A stretch of DNA of 64,000 bases from Campylobacterales bacterium. Lineage in GTDB: Bacteria; Campylobacterota; Campylobacteria; Campylobacterales; Nitratiruptoraceae. Made by a program: the position numbers and the translations under genes. Location: the NCBI GenBank assembly GCA_027065825.1, contig JAMONM010000058.1, positions 38,958 through 102,957 on the forward strand. Reading direction: 5' to 3'. The notes beneath the pieces were generated by a model. That model saw only the letters and a list, made by a program, of their open reading frames with translations, was not told where the DNA came from and searched no databases. This document shows, in pieces, positions 40,794 through 51,864 of this stretch; within the stretch, counting starts at the first letter, position 1; each line of letters begins with the position of its first letter.

Positions 40794-42092
40794 TTGGGTA
40801 AAAAGCTCTACATAGAGACCCTCGGGTGCGCTATGAACGTAAGAGACAGCGAACATATCATAGCCGAGCTCAATACGAGGGAGAACTACGAACTTACCGA
40901 GAATATCTCCGAAGCCGATCTGATTTTGATCAATACCTGCTCGGTGAGGGAGAAGCCGGTTCATAAACTTTTTTCCGAAATCGGACATTTCAACAGGGTG
41001 AAAAAACCTGATGCCAAAATCGGTGTTTGCGGCTGTACGGCCAGCCATCTCGGAGAGGAGATCATAAAACGGGCCCCGTACGTCAGTTTTGTTCTGGGAG
41101 CCAGAAACGTATCGAAAATAACCGAAGTGATTCATAAACCGGGCGCCGTAGAGGTTGATATAGATTACGACGAGAGTACGTATGCTTTTAGCGATTATAG
41201 AAGCTCCCTCTACAAAGCATATATAAACATCTCCATCGGTTGCGACAAACAGTGTACCTTCTGCATAGTGCCGGCTACGAGGGGAGAGGAGATATCTATT
41301 CCGCCGGATCTGATTTTAAAAGAGGTCAAAAAGGCCGTAGAGGGCGGAGCCAAAGAGATTTTTCTGTTGGGGCAGAACGTGAACAACTACGGACGCAGAT
41401 TCTCTTCATACGATAAAAGGATAGACTTTACCGATCTGTTAAAGATGGTGAGTGAGGTAGAGGGGGTTGAGAGGATCAGGTTCACCTCTCCCCATCCTCT
41501 CCATATGGACGAGGAGTTTTTAAAGGAGTTCGCCGAAAACCCAAAAATCTGCAAATCTATGCATATGCCCCTTCAGAGCGGATCTAGCAGAATATTGAAA
41601 ATGATGAAGAGAGGATATACCAAAGAGTGGTTTTTGGACAGGGCGTATAAGCTAAGAGAGATGGTTCCGCAGGTAAGGATCTCTACCGATATTATAGTAG
41701 GGTTCCCTTCCGAAACCGAAGAGGATTTCGAAGAGACTCTGGACGTGGTTGAAAAAGTTGGATTTGAGCAGATTTTCAGTTTCAAATACTCTCCTAGGCC
41801 GATGACTCCCGCTAGCGAATTCGAGGATCAAATTCCGCAGCAGATAGCTTCGGAACGTCTGAGTAGACTGCAGCAGATGCACAACGACATGCTGGACGAA
41901 CTATCAAAAAATGAGATCGGCAAGATTCACGAGGTGCTGTTCGAGGAGCTAAAGCCAGGAGGTTACGTGGCAGGCAGAAGCGACAACAATCAGATAGTAA
42001 AGGTCAAAGGGAGCGAGGAACTGTTGGGGAAAATTCTAAAAGTGAAAATTACCGACGCAAAAAGGCTCTCTTTGGAGGGCGAGCTCCTTTAG
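40794..42092 (+). CDS. miaB: tRNA-2-methylthio-N6-dimethylallyladenosine synthase
   Basis: [29 protein letters not shown] motifs; TRAM domain. Confidence 0.97.
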   Translation: MGKKLYIETLGCAMNVRDSEHIIAELNTRENYELTENISEADLILINTCSVREKPVHKLFSEIGHFNRVKKPDAKIGVCGCTASHLGEEIIKRAPYVSFVLGARNVSKITEVIHKPGAVEVDIDYDESTYAFSDYRSSLYKAYINISIGCDKQCTFCIVPATRGEEISIPPDLILKEVKKAVEGGAKEIFLLGQNVNNYGRRFSSYDKRIDFTDLLKMVSEVEGVERIRFTSPHPLHMDEEFLKEFAENPKICKSMHMPLQSGSSRILKMMKRGYTKEWFLDRAYKLREMVPQVRISTDIIVGFPSETEEDFEETLDVVEKVGFEQIFSFKYSPRPMTPASEFEDQIPQQIASERLSRLQQMHNDMLDELSKNEIGKIHEVLFEELKPGGYVAGRSDNNQIVKVKGSEELLGKILKVKITDAKRLSLEGELL

Positions 42093-42096
42093 TAGC

Positions 42097-42726
42097 ATGA
42101 GCAAAGAGTTCAAACGTAGGCTTTTGGCCTCTATAGTGCCTTCGTTAGGGGCTTTGTTGATTAGAGTTATCTACGCGACCTGTAAAAAGGTGTACAAAAC
42201 TCCTCACGAACTTCCTAAAGAACCTTTCATAGTCGCCTTTTGGCACGGCGAGTTGCTTATGCAGCCCTATCTATACAGAAAAGTCAGAAAAGATCACAAA
42301 ATTGCGGTTATGATCAGCGAACATTTTGACGGTGAATTGATAGCGAAAACAGTAGAGCGATTCGGTATAGAGGCGGTTAGAGGATCCACGAAAAAAGGCG
42401 CGGCCAGAGTTTTGCTGGCCGCTATAAAGAAGATGAGAGAGGGTTACGACGTGGCCATTACCCCGGACGGTCCCAGAGGCCCCAGACACTCGGTTGCTGA
42501 CGGGATAGCGGCTCTCTCTTTAAAGATGGACGCCTATATAGTTCCGTTTGGATATCGGGCCAAAAGCTGCTGGAGATTGAACAGTTGGGACAGATTCGTT
42601 ATTCCCAAACCTTTTACCACTTTGGAGTTTTTCGTGGGGGAGCCTTTTAAAATAGGCTCTATGGATAAAGAGAGCGCAAAGGATTATATAAAGAAGCGAA
42701 TGTTACAATTTAGCAGTACTGAATAA
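42097..42726 (+). CDS. DUF374 / lysophospholipid acyltransferase-family protein
   Basis: FWHGE, SEHFDGE, VRGST, ITPDGPRGP, SWDRFVIPKPF motifs. Confidence 0.88.
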   Translation: MSKEFKRRLLASIVPSLGALLIRVIYATCKKVYKTPHELPKEPFIVAFWHGELLMQPYLYRKVRKDHKIAVMISEHFDGELIAKTVERFGIEAVRGSTKKGAARVLLAAIKKMREGYDVAITPDGPRGPRHSVADGIAALSLKMDAYIVPFGYRAKSCWRLNSWDRFVIPKPFTTLEFFVGEPFKIGSMDKESAKDYIKKRMLQFSSTE

Positions 42727-42735
42727 AGGTTTGCC

Positions 42736-43809
42736 GTGTCGAGTGCCTCTTTGGAGATTTCCGCCTATAACGTAGTAAAGAGCGGTCTTAGCGGCTGCGT
42801 GTTGTTAAACAGTACCGAACAGCACATTCTCTGCAGTAAAAAGGATGAGCCGCAAAAAGAGAAGTTTGTATATCTAAACGTTGAGAATGGATTTAAACTG
42901 GCTCTGTATCGCGAAGAGATAGAGTTCATAAAAAAGGAGCTTCCCGGCGTAAAATACGCTGTTTCGGCTTTTTTGCCGCTTTATGCCATCTTTTTGGAAG
43001 AGAAGCGAGAAAACGCTCTTTGGGTTTTGAATCAAAAAGAGTATCTCACGGTAGCGGTTTTCAAAGAGGGTTCGGTTCTCTTTTTTAGGCATATTTTCAA
43101 AGAGAAAAATTTCGCCTTTTCCAAAATCGTAATAGATTCCATCAAGGAGTTCTACAAAAGCGAGTGCTGCTATTTTCTCGAAGAGATAATCCTCTACGAC
43201 TGCGACGACCTGGAGGAGGAGTCCATCAGACTGCTCCAGGAGCAGAGTCTGTTGCAGGTAGAGAGCAGAAGCTGCGATTTAAAAGAGTTGCTGAACCGAA
43301 TATGCGAGGATGAAAAGCTAAAAGAGTTTCTTTTGCCTATAGAATCGAAAAGATTCTTTTTGCCCTCCTGGATCAAATGGGCGGCGGCTGTTATTTTTGT
43401 TCTGCTCGTTGCCGTGGACGTATGGTTTAAATATAAGCAATCGCAGCTTAACGAGATTCTCGCCGAACTTCAAAGGGTAAAAGAGAGTCTTCAGTCCGAG
43501 ACTGGAGGTCTTGAAGAGACTATATCCTCCCTAAAGAGAATAGAGCCGATGGTGCAAAAGATTGACGGGGAAAACTCTTTGAAAATCGCCAATATAAAAA
43601 ACGTTTTCGATCTGGTGCCTCAAACCGTAGTTTTAAAAAGCGCCGTTTTCGGCGGGGACTATCTGGTTTTGGAAGGTTTCAGCGACGACAGAGCCGGAGT
43701 TTTCAGGCTAAAAAGGAGCCTACAGAGTTTTTATCCACTCCAGAGGGTTACGATAAACAAACGAAAGGGTAGATATATCTTTAAAATTTTCAATAAAGAG
43801 CAAAAATGA
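42736..43809 (+). CDS. PilM/PilN-like (GspL-architecture) bitopic membrane protein
   Basis: About 210-aa cytoplasmic domain, TM at about residues 213-232, coiled coil, PilN-like C-terminal fold; conserved position after miaB-DUF374. Confidence 0.6.
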   Translation: MSSASLEISAYNVVKSGLSGCVLLNSTEQHILCSKKDEPQKEKFVYLNVENGFKLALYREEIEFIKKELPGVKYAVSAFLPLYAIFLEEKRENALWVLNQKEYLTVAVFKEGSVLFFRHIFKEKNFAFSKIVIDSIKEFYKSECCYFLEEIILYDCDDLEEESIRLLQEQSLLQVESRSCDLKELLNRICEDEKLKEFLLPIESKRFFLPSWIKWAAAVIFVLLVAVDVWFKYKQSQLNEILAELQRVKESLQSETGGLEETISSLKRIEPMVQKIDGENSLKIANIKNVFDLVPQTVVLKSAVFGGDYLVLEGFSDDRAGVFRLKRSLQSFYPLQRVTINKRKGRYIFKIFNKEQK

Positions 43810-44306
43810 GCGTTGTAAAGGAAAGACTACTCTATTTGGGACTCGGTATCGGAGCTATTTTGACCCTATATGTTACGGTGGCCTTTTTGATAGTTCCGGA
43901 TATGAAACGCCTAAGCGACATGAAACAGGATATCGTCACTCTCGAAGAAAAAAACGAGAATCTAAAAAGAAGGATAGAATCGCTTCAGGAGGATCTGACG
44001 CCTTTGCTGCGTTACAAAGACTATCTGGTCAGATTTAACAAACCGTTACAAAGCGAGGAGATAGAGACAATGCTCTCTCTTTTCGGTGAGGAGGCCAGGG
44101 TAAAAGAGGGAATGTTCTACAGTGAAGATGGATTTAAGGTTACCGAATACGAGGCCTCTATGAAAGTCGATTCTCCTGTAGATTTTTACAAGGCGGTCGA
44201 ATATCTAGATACCCAAAAGATTCCTATTTCGATAGAGTATCCGATAGAGTTTCGAAAAAAAGATAAAATAGAGATATCTTTTAAAATGAGGCAATACTCT
44301 TTTTGA
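43806..44306 (+). CDS. PilO/GspM-like membrane protein
   Basis: N-terminal TM, coiled coil, alpha/beta C-terminus; ATGA-coupled to the PilN-like gene. Confidence 0.6.
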   Translation: MSVVKERLLYLGLGIGAILTLYVTVAFLIVPDMKRLSDMKQDIVTLEEKNENLKRRIESLQEDLTPLLRYKDYLVRFNKPLQSEEIETMLSLFGEEARVKEGMFYSEDGFKVTEYEASMKVDSPVDFYKAVEYLDTQKIPISIEYPIEFRKKDKIEISFKMRQYSF

Positions 44307-45282
44307 TTTCGAGAGGATCTATGCCCTTTTCGAAAATATAGCATCTATGCAGCGGCGGTATGCGCGATACTCTGCAGGCCTCTTTGAACTTTTTGGGCAT
44401 TTTGCCTTTGACATAGGGCGAAACGAAAATCCGATTTTTCGTAATCGAAACGGCGAATTTGGATCCCAAAACTCCTTTGCGCGTTCTTAAAATCTCTCGC
44501 TTCTGCGCCGAGCTAGCCAGGTAGCCCAGCCTCTTGAGGGCGTAATCTATATATCTGAGATTCAACGTATCTTCGCCGGTGTTTTTGAATATATATAGAT
44601 CTTTAAAGATCTTTGGTTCCATTTTTGACAAGAGAGTCTCTTTGTCGAGATTTAGATATCTAAAACTTCTAGATAGTCCGGCCGCGCACTCATTTACGAG
44701 CTCTTTGGCGTATTTGTGTCTAAAGTAGTTTCTTTTATAAGAGATATCTTCATTCGTCTTATCTATGAAATATCTTATTTCGTTTGTTTTTAGATAGTCC
44801 ATAATAGCCGATTTGGGAGTGTATAAAAGCGGTCTTACCAGATAAAACCCCTCTCTTTTTTCTATCGGCTTCATTCCCACCATCTCTACAAGTCCCGCTC
44901 CTTTGCAGAGCTGCATGAGACTCCATTCGAGCATATCTTCGAGCTGGTGGGCGGTTATGAGGTTGTCGTAGCCGTGTTCTGCAATGATCTTTTCAAAGAA
45001 GGAGTATCTGCACTCTCTGGCTCTTTTTTCAAAATTTCCTCCCTTTATCGGACACTCTTTTAAAAAGAGCCTTTTGCCAAATTTTATAGCCAGTTTTTTT
45101 GCATACTCGGTTTCGAGTCGGCTGTTTGGCCGTTTTTGATAATCCACTATAGCGATATCGAACTCTATTTCGTGGCGTATCAAAAGAAAAAATAGAGCGC
45201 TCGAATCGGTTCCGCCCGAAAAGGCGAGCAGATTTTTTCTATGCCGCAGCGAATCGACGCCTTCCAGTTCGATTTTATCCAT
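44281..45282 (-). CDS. tilS: tRNA(Ile)-lysidine synthetase
   Basis: SGGTDS PP-loop, ARECRY, TAHQLED, RPLL, YKRNYFR motifs. Confidence 0.95.
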   Translation of the reverse strand: MDKIELEGVDSLRHRKNLLAFSGGTDSSALFFLLIRHEIEFDIAIVDYQKRPNSRLETEYAKKLAIKFGKRLFLKECPIKGGNFEKRARECRYSFFEKIIAEHGYDNLITAHQLEDMLEWSLMQLCKGAGLVEMVGMKPIEKREGFYLVRPLLYTPKSAIMDYLKTNEIRYFIDKTNEDISYKRNYFRHKYAKELVNECAAGLSRSFRYLNLDKETLLSKMEPKIFKDLYIFKNTGEDTLNLRYIDYALKRLGYLASSAQKREILRTRKGVLGSKFAVSITKNRIFVSPYVKGKMPKKFKEACRVSRIPPLHRCYIFEKGIDPLEIKKSIASF

Positions 45283-46594
45283 TTGAGAGGATTCGTCCTA
45301 TCAGTTTGTCTCCGACTCTTTCGGTTATTTGCGCTATATATAGCTTGCCAGTTTCTAGATTCTCGATTTCGGAGTCGTTTATGAGAATTTCGGAATCGAT
45401 CTCGGGCGCCCAGCTTGACTTTCTGGCGCTTAGCAGATAGGGGCCCTCTTCGCTTTGACCTTCGAGAAATATTTCGATTTTTTTGCCGATCTCCGAGTTC
45501 AGACTTTTGTACATGGACTCTTTGGCAATTTTTTCCATTATCTCGAGTCTCTCTTGCACAATTTTCGGTTCGACCGTTTCCCCCATTTCGTAAGAGGCCG
45601 TACCCTCCTCGGGCGAATAGGCGAAGACGTTTATTCTATCAAACCCGAACCCCTGCAGAAAATCGCACAGTTCTTGGAAATCCTTTTCGCTCTCGCCCGG
45701 ATGGCCGACTATCACGCCGGTTCTTACGAAAGAGTCTTCGATCTCCCTCATCCTATACAGCAGATCCTTGGTTCTGTCGGCGTCGGCTCCTCTTTTCATA
45801 ATTTTTAGCATTTTGTCGCTTATATGTTGAATAGGCATTTCGAAATAGTTGTGAAAACTTTTGGAGTCCCTTATGGTATCTATCAGTTTGTGATCGGTGG
45901 TTGCCGGATAGAGATATAAAATTCTGCCGCTCTTTAGAGGGAACTTTTCGTCGATTCTCTCAATTAGCCGAATCAGCCCCTCCCTTTCGCCCCTGTCTTT
46001 GAGATATGAGCTGGTATCTTGAGATATCAGAGTAAAATCGTAAAAACCCTCTTCGGAGAGCCTGGAAATCTCATCTATAACGCTATCGACGGTTCTGGAT
46101 TTTAATCTTCCTTTAAAGGAGGGTATAGCGCAAAAACTGCACCTTTGATTGCACCCTTCGGAGATTTTTATATAGGCGTGATGTTTCGAACCGGTAATGA
46201 TCCTCTCTTCGTTGTCGATAAGATAAGTCTCCTCTTTGAAAAGGTCCTTTTTCTCGGCCAGTAGGCGGTCTATACGATCGTAGTCTCCCACTCCAGTGAA
46301 TAGATCCACCTCCTGTAGCTCCTGTTTTAGCTCCTCTTTGTAGCGTTCGCTGAGGCATCCGGCCATTACCAGAATCGAATCTCTCTTTCTTCTTGAGTGA
46401 AGGTCGAATATCGTCTGGATGCTCTCTTGTTTTGCCGCCTCTATGAATCCGCACGTATTAACTATGATAACCTCAGCCTCTTCGACCCTGTCCGTAATGG
46501 AGTAATCTTTGAGCCTGCCTAACATGACTTCCGTATCGACGAGGTTTTTTGTGCATCCTAAAGAGACGACGAAAAGTTTTTTTCCCATTTTCAT
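45275..46594 (-). CDS. rimO: Ribosomal protein S12 methylthiotransferase
   Basis: SLGCTKNLVDTE, NTCGFIEAA, EGCNQRCSFC motifs; the start may be the second Met (46588). Confidence 0.96.
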   Translation of the reverse strand: MKMGKKLFVVSLGCTKNLVDTEVMLGRLKDYSITDRVEEAEVIIVNTCGFIEAAKQESIQTIFDLHSRRKRDSILVMAGCLSERYKEELKQELQEVDLFTGVGDYDRIDRLLAEKKDLFKEETYLIDNEERIITGSKHHAYIKISEGCNQRCSFCAIPSFKGRLKSRTVDSVIDEISRLSEEGFYDFTLISQDTSSYLKDRGEREGLIRLIERIDEKFPLKSGRILYLYPATTDHKLIDTIRDSKSFHNYFEMPIQHISDKMLKIMKRGADADRTKDLLYRMREIEDSFVRTGVIVGHPGESEKDFQELCDFLQGFGFDRINVFAYSPEEGTASYEMGETVEPKIVQERLEIMEKIAKESMYKSLNSEIGKKIEIFLEGQSEEGPYLLSARKSSWAPEIDSEILINDSEIENLETGKLYIAQITERVGDKLIGRILSNG

Positions 46595-46655
46595 TCCGTT
46601 TTTTTATGAAATTGTAGCATAAGCAGAAGGGAACGACTCGCAAAAAGCGGAGGGT

Positions 46656-47717
46656 CTACTCCGCCGGAACGGTGCAGTTTTTACCGCTTTTTTTAGCTTC
46701 GTAGAGAGCCATGTCCGCTCTTTCGAAAAGGGTTTCGAGGGTGTCGCTTTTTTTCGCTTCGGCGACGCCGAGACTGGCGGTTACCCTAATGTCGTCTAGA
46801 TTGAAGGAGCGGTTCTCTATGGCTTTGCGCAGTCTCTCGGCTATATGGATAGCCTGTTCCAGATCGGAACCGGGCAAAATGACGGCGAATTCCTCTCCGC
46901 CTATTCTGGAAGAGATGGCGTTTGCTCTGAGAAAAGTCTTTAAAATGGCCGCGATTTCCTTTAAAACCGTGTCTCCTACGGCGTGCCCGTATTTGTCGTT
47001 TATGGATTTAAAATCGTCTATATCGAGGATGACCAGCGAAAAAGGGTAGTTTTTAGTCTGTAGATCGTTCAACATCTCCAGGACCGCCCTTTCGAACCTG
47101 CGTCTGTTGACAAGACCCGTTAAAAAGTCCATTTCGGCTTCTGTTTTGGCTATTTTGAGCTCTTCTTGCAGCATTACCACGTCTTTATGGTACTGTTTGA
47201 GCTCTCTGGTGAGCTCTTTGTTTTCTCTTTTGAGTTCGTTTAGCTCTTCCAAAATCTTGTTTATGGAGTGGAGCATCTGGTCTTTAGCCTCTTCTCTGCT
47301 CTCTATCAGCGATTCGGTATGGTTTTCCAAAGAGTCGTTGTGGCGATCTAAAGAGTTGATGATTTCCAGCAGCTTTTTATCTATAGATTCCGCTATGTGG
47401 TTCAGTTTTTTTACGAAACCTTTGGGATTTGATATTTTTACGTCGTCCTTGTGTTCTCTTACTTCGTCGTACGGTTCGTCGTATATCTCTTTGAAAAGGC
47501 CGAGAATTTCGAGATCGTTGAGCTCTTTGCCGGACTCTACTATATGGCAAAAGACGAAAAACCACCGCTCGTAGTTTTTGGGGGTTATCAAAATATTGTT
47601 TCTGATCATGAAATTCATCTCCTGCCGGACGATGTTCATGATCGTTTTTATGTCATCTTTGGTGAATTTTTCGGCGGATTCGAGTTTTTGCTGGATTTTG
47701 CACTCGAACTTTTCCAT
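46656..47717 (-). CDS. Cytoplasmic diguanylate cyclase (GGDEF domain)
   Basis: DFLTGLVNRR, DIDDFKSIND-YGH-GD, RIGGEEF motifs; coiled-coil linker; no TM segment. Confidence 0.93.
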   Translation of the reverse strand: MEKFECKIQQKLESAEKFTKDDIKTIMNIVRQEMNFMIRNNILITPKNYERWFFVFCHIVESGKELNDLEILGLFKEIYDEPYDEVREHKDDVKISNPKGFVKKLNHIAESIDKKLLEIINSLDRHNDSLENHTESLIESREEAKDQMLHSINKILEELNELKRENKELTRELKQYHKDVVMLQEELKIAKTEAEMDFLTGLVNRRRFERAVLEMLNDLQTKNYPFSLVILDIDDFKSINDKYGHAVGDTVLKEIAAILKTFLRANAISSRIGGEEFAVILPGSDLEQAIHIAERLRKAIENRSFNLDDIRVTASLGVAEAKKSDTLETLFERADMALYEAKKSGKNCTVPAE

Positions 47718-47869
47718 AGGTTGATCCTTTGAGGCTTATTTTCAGGGATTATCGGTTAATTGGTAAATTTTATTAGAAAAAATTAATTATGTAAAGACTT
47801 AAAACAGAATTGTTCAAAAAATGTAACTGACGTAATCAACCTGGAGTCGAGTACGAGAAGATTCGCAGA

Positions 47870-47945
47870 TGGTGGCCAGAGGCGGAATCGAACCGCCGAC
47901 ACAGGGATTTTCAGTCCCTTGCTCTACCAACTGAGCTATCTGGCC
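47870..47945 (-). tRNA. tRNA-Phe (GAA)
   Basis: GGCCAGATAGCTCAGTTGGTAGAGCAAGGGACTGAAAATCCCTGTGTCGGCGGTTCGATTCCGCCTCTGGCCACCA: 76-nt cloverleaf with encoded CCA; TATAAT at 47960-47965 on the minus strand. Confidence 0.98.
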
Positions 47946-47983
47946 GGACGTGGACTGAAATTATATTGAAGGTATATTGAAAT

Positions 47984-49180
47984 TTACCTTAAAGACATGA
48001 CCAGTTTTTTGAACCTTTCGCCCCTTTCCTTATATGATCCAAACTGATCGAGACTGGCGCAACCTGGCGACAGCAGTCCTACGCTTTGACTATCCAGTAC
48101 GGCGTCGACGCTCTTTACGGCCTCGCTCAACTCTTTGCACAGATGAGCCTTTGCCCCTTTTTGGAGAGATAGGGAATATAGAGTCTCTCCGTCCTTTCCG
48201 ATGGCGAAAAGTTCGGCGCCGCTTTTGGCTATCTCTTGCGCCAGAGGTTCCAGGTCGGCCCCTTTGGCGTCTCCTCCGGCTATCAACTTTATCTTTTTGT
48301 TTTTGTATCTACGCAGAGCCCAGATTGCGGCGTCTACGTTTGTGGCTTTGCTGTCGTCGATCCAGACTCTTCCTTTTGCGTCTTTGAACTCTTCGAGTTT
48401 GTGGCTTTCGATTTCAAAGGAGTTTATTTTTGAGTACTCTTTCCTTTCAAATAGAATATAATCTACCGCCATTGCCATAACGGCGTCCAGTAAAAAGGGT
48501 TCCTCGTAGGATAGCTTTGAGATATCTATCCCGAAATATCTAGCCAGATCGGCGCTGTCTGCGTAGGTAATTTTCATAGCCGCAGTAGGTACGTGGGAGT
48601 ATTTTGAGGGTACGATGCATAGATCGCCTTCTCTCATACTCTTTAGAGGTTTTAGCTTTGATTCTTCGTAGCTTTTCAAATCTCCGTGCCAACTGAGATG
48701 ATCCGGCGTAATCGGCAACAATACGTAGATGTCGGGAAATGCTGTTTTCGTATAATGGAGGGTGAACGAGCTGGTTTCTAGAATCCAGATTCTGCTGTTT
48801 CGGTTCATAGTGGCCAGCGGTTTGCCTAAATTGCCACCCGCTTCCGCCTTTTTGTCTTTTAACAGTTTAAAAACCATCTGAGTAGTGGTGGTTTTTCCGT
48901 TAGTACCGCTAATCCATATCGAAAAGGGCATCTCTTTGGCAAAAAAGTCATATTCGCTGATGAGATTTTTTGCTCTTTTAATCAGCGGATGAGATGGCGG
49001 AATTCCGGGACTGGGTATCTCCAGGGAGGAGCTGTTTGGATCGAATGTATGTGTCGGATAGTGCCAAAAACCCTCCTCGTCTTGGAATTTTTGATCTATA
49101 TCTTCGAAAAAGACGGCCTCTTTTAGCTTTTTGGCTATGGCCTTCGTGGTTTTTCCGCTGCCAAATAGTGTAACCATCAT
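47984..49180 (-). CDS. murD: UDP-N-acetylmuramoyl-L-alanine--D-glutamate ligase
   Basis: [33 protein letters not shown] motifs; start at 49180 by ATGA overlap with the mraY stop. Confidence 0.96.
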   Translation of the reverse strand: MMVTLFGSGKTTKAIAKKLKEAVFFEDIDQKFQDEEGFWHYPTHTFDPNSSSLEIPSPGIPPSHPLIKRAKNLISEYDFFAKEMPFSIWISGTNGKTTTTQMVFKLLKDKKAEAGGNLGKPLATMNRNSRIWILETSSFTLHYTKTAFPDIYVLLPITPDHLSWHGDLKSYEESKLKPLKSMREGDLCIVPSKYSHVPTAAMKITYADSADLARYFGIDISKLSYEEPFLLDAVMAMAVDYILFERKEYSKINSFEIESHKLEEFKDAKGRVWIDDSKATNVDAAIWALRRYKNKKIKLIAGGDAKGADLEPLAQEIAKSGAELFAIGKDGETLYSLSLQKGAKAHLCKELSEAVKSVDAVLDSQSVGLLSPGCASLDQFGSYKERGERFKKLVMSLR

Positions 49181-50241
49181 CTTATCTTGAGCGTAATTAG
49201 AGCTATTATGTTGGATATGAGGGCGATTATCCAAAATCTTACTATGATTTTGCTCTCTTTCCAGTTTTTCTGTTCAAAATGGTGATGTATCGGAGCCATC
49301 AAAAACACCCTTTTGCCCCTGAGTTTGTAGCTGCCTACCTGCAAAATGACGGATACGGCCTCCAAGACGAAAACGAATCCAATAACAATAAGCAGTATTT
49401 CGCTTTTTGAGATTACGGCCATGTAAGCCAAAAAAGCCCCCACGGATAGACTGCCGCTGTCTCCCATAAAAATCTCGGCCGGATGACAGTTGTACCATAA
49501 AAACCCTATAAGCGATCCGGCTAGAGCGGCCCCTATTATAGCCACCTCCCCGGCTCCGGAGATTTTCGGCAACAGCAAATAGGCGCTCAGGCCCGCGTGC
49601 CCGGTGATGTAAACCAGTAGTGAAAGAGAGGAGAGGGCGAATATGGAAGGAACTGTGGCCAAACCGTCAAGGCCGTCTGTTAGATTGACGGCGTTCGAGG
49701 TAGCTACCATAACCAGTATCCAAAACGCAACGGCCAAGCCTCCGAGATCCAGTACGGGATGTTTGTAAAAAGGAACGTACAGTTTCGAATCCAACGGAGT
49801 GAAAAAGTACAAAAATCCGGCTATAGCGCCGCTAAAAAGAATTTGCAAAACCAGTTTTTCTTTGGCCGAAAGTCCCGATCTGTTCTCTTTGTGCAAAATT
49901 TTTGATAGATCGTCTTTGAGTCCTATGGCTCCAAATAGTAGCAAAGTGGCCACTCCACCTATAACGAACGGGTTGTCTAGTTTGGCGCTCAAAATCGTAG
50001 CTCCCAGCGTCGCTATTATAAATACCACGCCTCCCATGGTCGGAGTATTGGCTTTTACTTTGTGGGATTTGGGAGCCAGTGAGTATATCGGTTGGTTGGC
50101 TTTTTTGTTTTTGGCCCAATGTATGAATTTAGGCATCAACCACAATGTCGCCGCGAACGCTATAAAAAAACCGATGCCCGCTCTGACGGTTATATACTGA
50201 AACAGATTTATCCCGTATAGTTCAAAAAGCAGATAGAGCAT
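49177..50241 (-). CDS. mraY: Phospho-N-acetylmuramoyl-pentapeptide transferase
   Basis: [35 protein letters not shown] motifs. Confidence 0.98.
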   Translation of the reverse strand: MLYLLFELYGINLFQYITVRAGIGFFIAFAATLWLMPKFIHWAKNKKANQPIYSLAPKSHKVKANTPTMGGVVFIIATLGATILSAKLDNPFVIGGVATLLLFGAIGLKDDLSKILHKENRSGLSAKEKLVLQILFSGAIAGFLYFFTPLDSKLYVPFYKHPVLDLGGLAVAFWILVMVATSNAVNLTDGLDGLATVPSIFALSSLSLLVYITGHAGLSAYLLLPKISGAGEVAIIGAALAGSLIGFLWYNCHPAEIFMGDSGSLSVGAFLAYMAVISKSEILLIVIGFVFVLEAVSVILQVGSYKLRGKRVFLMAPIHHHFEQKNWKESKIIVRFWIIALISNIIALITLKIR

Positions 50242-50362
50242 TTCTCGTCCTATGGCGATCTAATAGATACATTAATATTAACAAAAGAGAAATATTACTA
50301 AAATTTCACTGATAATTTAATTAGCCGAAATTTCCACAAACTATTGAGACTACGGAGCAAAT

Positions 50363-51841
50363 ATGAACAGAAGCGAAGTAAATAAAACCGTTTTGATCAT
50401 CACCGACGGTATAGGATACAATCCTGATACTTACTACAACGCTTTCGCCGCTGCCAATAAACCAACCTACGACAGACTTTTTGCACAGGTTCCCTATTCT
50501 TTGATAAAAACCTACGGAATGAGCGTCGGACTTCCCGAGGGGCAAATGGGCAACAGCGAAGTGGGCCATATGACTATCGGCAGCGGCAGAGTTTTGTATC
50601 AAGATCTGGTTAGAATATCTTTGGCTTTGGAGGATGGTTCGCTACGAAACAATCCTGTTTTTAAAGATCTGATAGAAAATTCCAAAAGAGTTCATGTCGT
50701 GGGTCTGCTGAGCGACGGCGGAGTCCACTCCCATATCGACCATTTTATAAAAATTGCGAATATCGTGGCCGAACACAAGGAGGTGGTTCTACATCCCATA
50801 ACGGACGGTAGGGACGTATCGCCTACGAGCGCTACGGAGTATCTGCGGAGACTCGAAAAGGAGTGCAAAGGAAAGATCGCAACGGTTTCGGGCAGATTCT
50901 ATACAATGGATAGAGACTCCAGATGGGACAGGATTAAAAAGGGTTACGACGCCATAGCCAGAGCGGTTCCCAAAACGGAGCTCGGCGTTGCGGAGTATAT
51001 TCGAAGCCGTTACGAGAAAGGTGAAACTGACGAATTCATAGAGCCCGTGGCTTTTAAATGGTATGAGGGATTCAAAAAAGGGGACGCGGTATTGTTTGTA
51101 AACTTTAGAAGCGACAGGATGAGAGAGATCGTAACGGCGATAGGCGATGAGAATTTTGACAGGTTCGAACGAACCGCTTTGTTGCCAAAGGTGGTTACCA
51201 TAGTGGAGTATGACGAAAAGTTCGAGTTCCCCGTCATGTTCGAAAAGATCGTTCCTAAAAACACGCTATCGGAGGTGATCAGCGCGGCCGGTCTAGATCA
51301 GTTTCATACCGCAGAAACCGAAAAATACGCTCACGTAACCTTTTTCTTCAATGGAGGAGTGGAGGAGCCTTTCGTAAACGAAACCAGAGTTTTGATCCCC
51401 AGTCCGGATGTGAGAACCTACGACGAAAAACCGCAAATGAGCGCCAAAGAGGTGTGTGACGCCGTTTTAACCGCTATGGAGGAGGGGTACGAATTTATAG
51501 TGGTGAATTTCGCAAACGGAGATATGGTAGGGCATACCGGAAATTTCGAAGCTGCCGTAAAAGCCGTAGAGTGCGTGGACGAACAGCTGGGCAGAATTGT
51601 ACAAAAGGCCAAAGAGAGAGACTATAGTCTGGTTTTGACCAGCGATCACGGAAACTGCGAAAAGATGCGCGACGAAAAGGGGAATATTTTGACGAACCAC
51701 ACCGTCGGGGAGGTGTGGTGTTTCGTCGATGCGAAAGGAGTTGAGAGCGTCAAGCCCGGAGGGCTGAGCAATATCGCTCCTACAGTTTTAAAAATCATGG
51801 GGCTGGAGATTCCAAAAGAGATGGACGAACCGCTCGTTTAA
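50363..51841 (+). CDS. gpmI: 2,3-bisphosphoglycerate-independent phosphoglycerate mutase
   Basis: [42 protein letters not shown] motifs. Confidence 0.98.
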   Translation: MNRSEVNKTVLIITDGIGYNPDTYYNAFAAANKPTYDRLFAQVPYSLIKTYGMSVGLPEGQMGNSEVGHMTIGSGRVLYQDLVRISLALEDGSLRNNPVFKDLIENSKRVHVVGLLSDGGVHSHIDHFIKIANIVAEHKEVVLHPITDGRDVSPTSATEYLRRLEKECKGKIATVSGRFYTMDRDSRWDRIKKGYDAIARAVPKTELGVAEYIRSRYEKGETDEFIEPVAFKWYEGFKKGDAVLFVNFRSDRMREIVTAIGDENFDRFERTALLPKVVTIVEYDEKFEFPVMFEKIVPKNTLSEVISAAGLDQFHTAETEKYAHVTFFFNGGVEEPFVNETRVLIPSPDVRTYDEKPQMSAKEVCDAVLTAMEEGYEFIVVNFANGDMVGHTGNFEAAVKAVECVDEQLGRIVQKAKERDYSLVLTSDHGNCEKMRDEKGNILTNHTVGEVWCFVDAKGVESVKPGGLSNIAPTVLKIMGLEIPKEMDEPLV

Positions 51842-51864
51842 AACCACATATGAAAGGATTTGAT

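Noticed and set aside
46595-47945. tRNA-Phe-anchored genomic islet containing the GGDEF gene
   Set aside because: No duplicated tRNA 3' end (att site) on the far side, no integrase, and no evident compositional shift in the gene.
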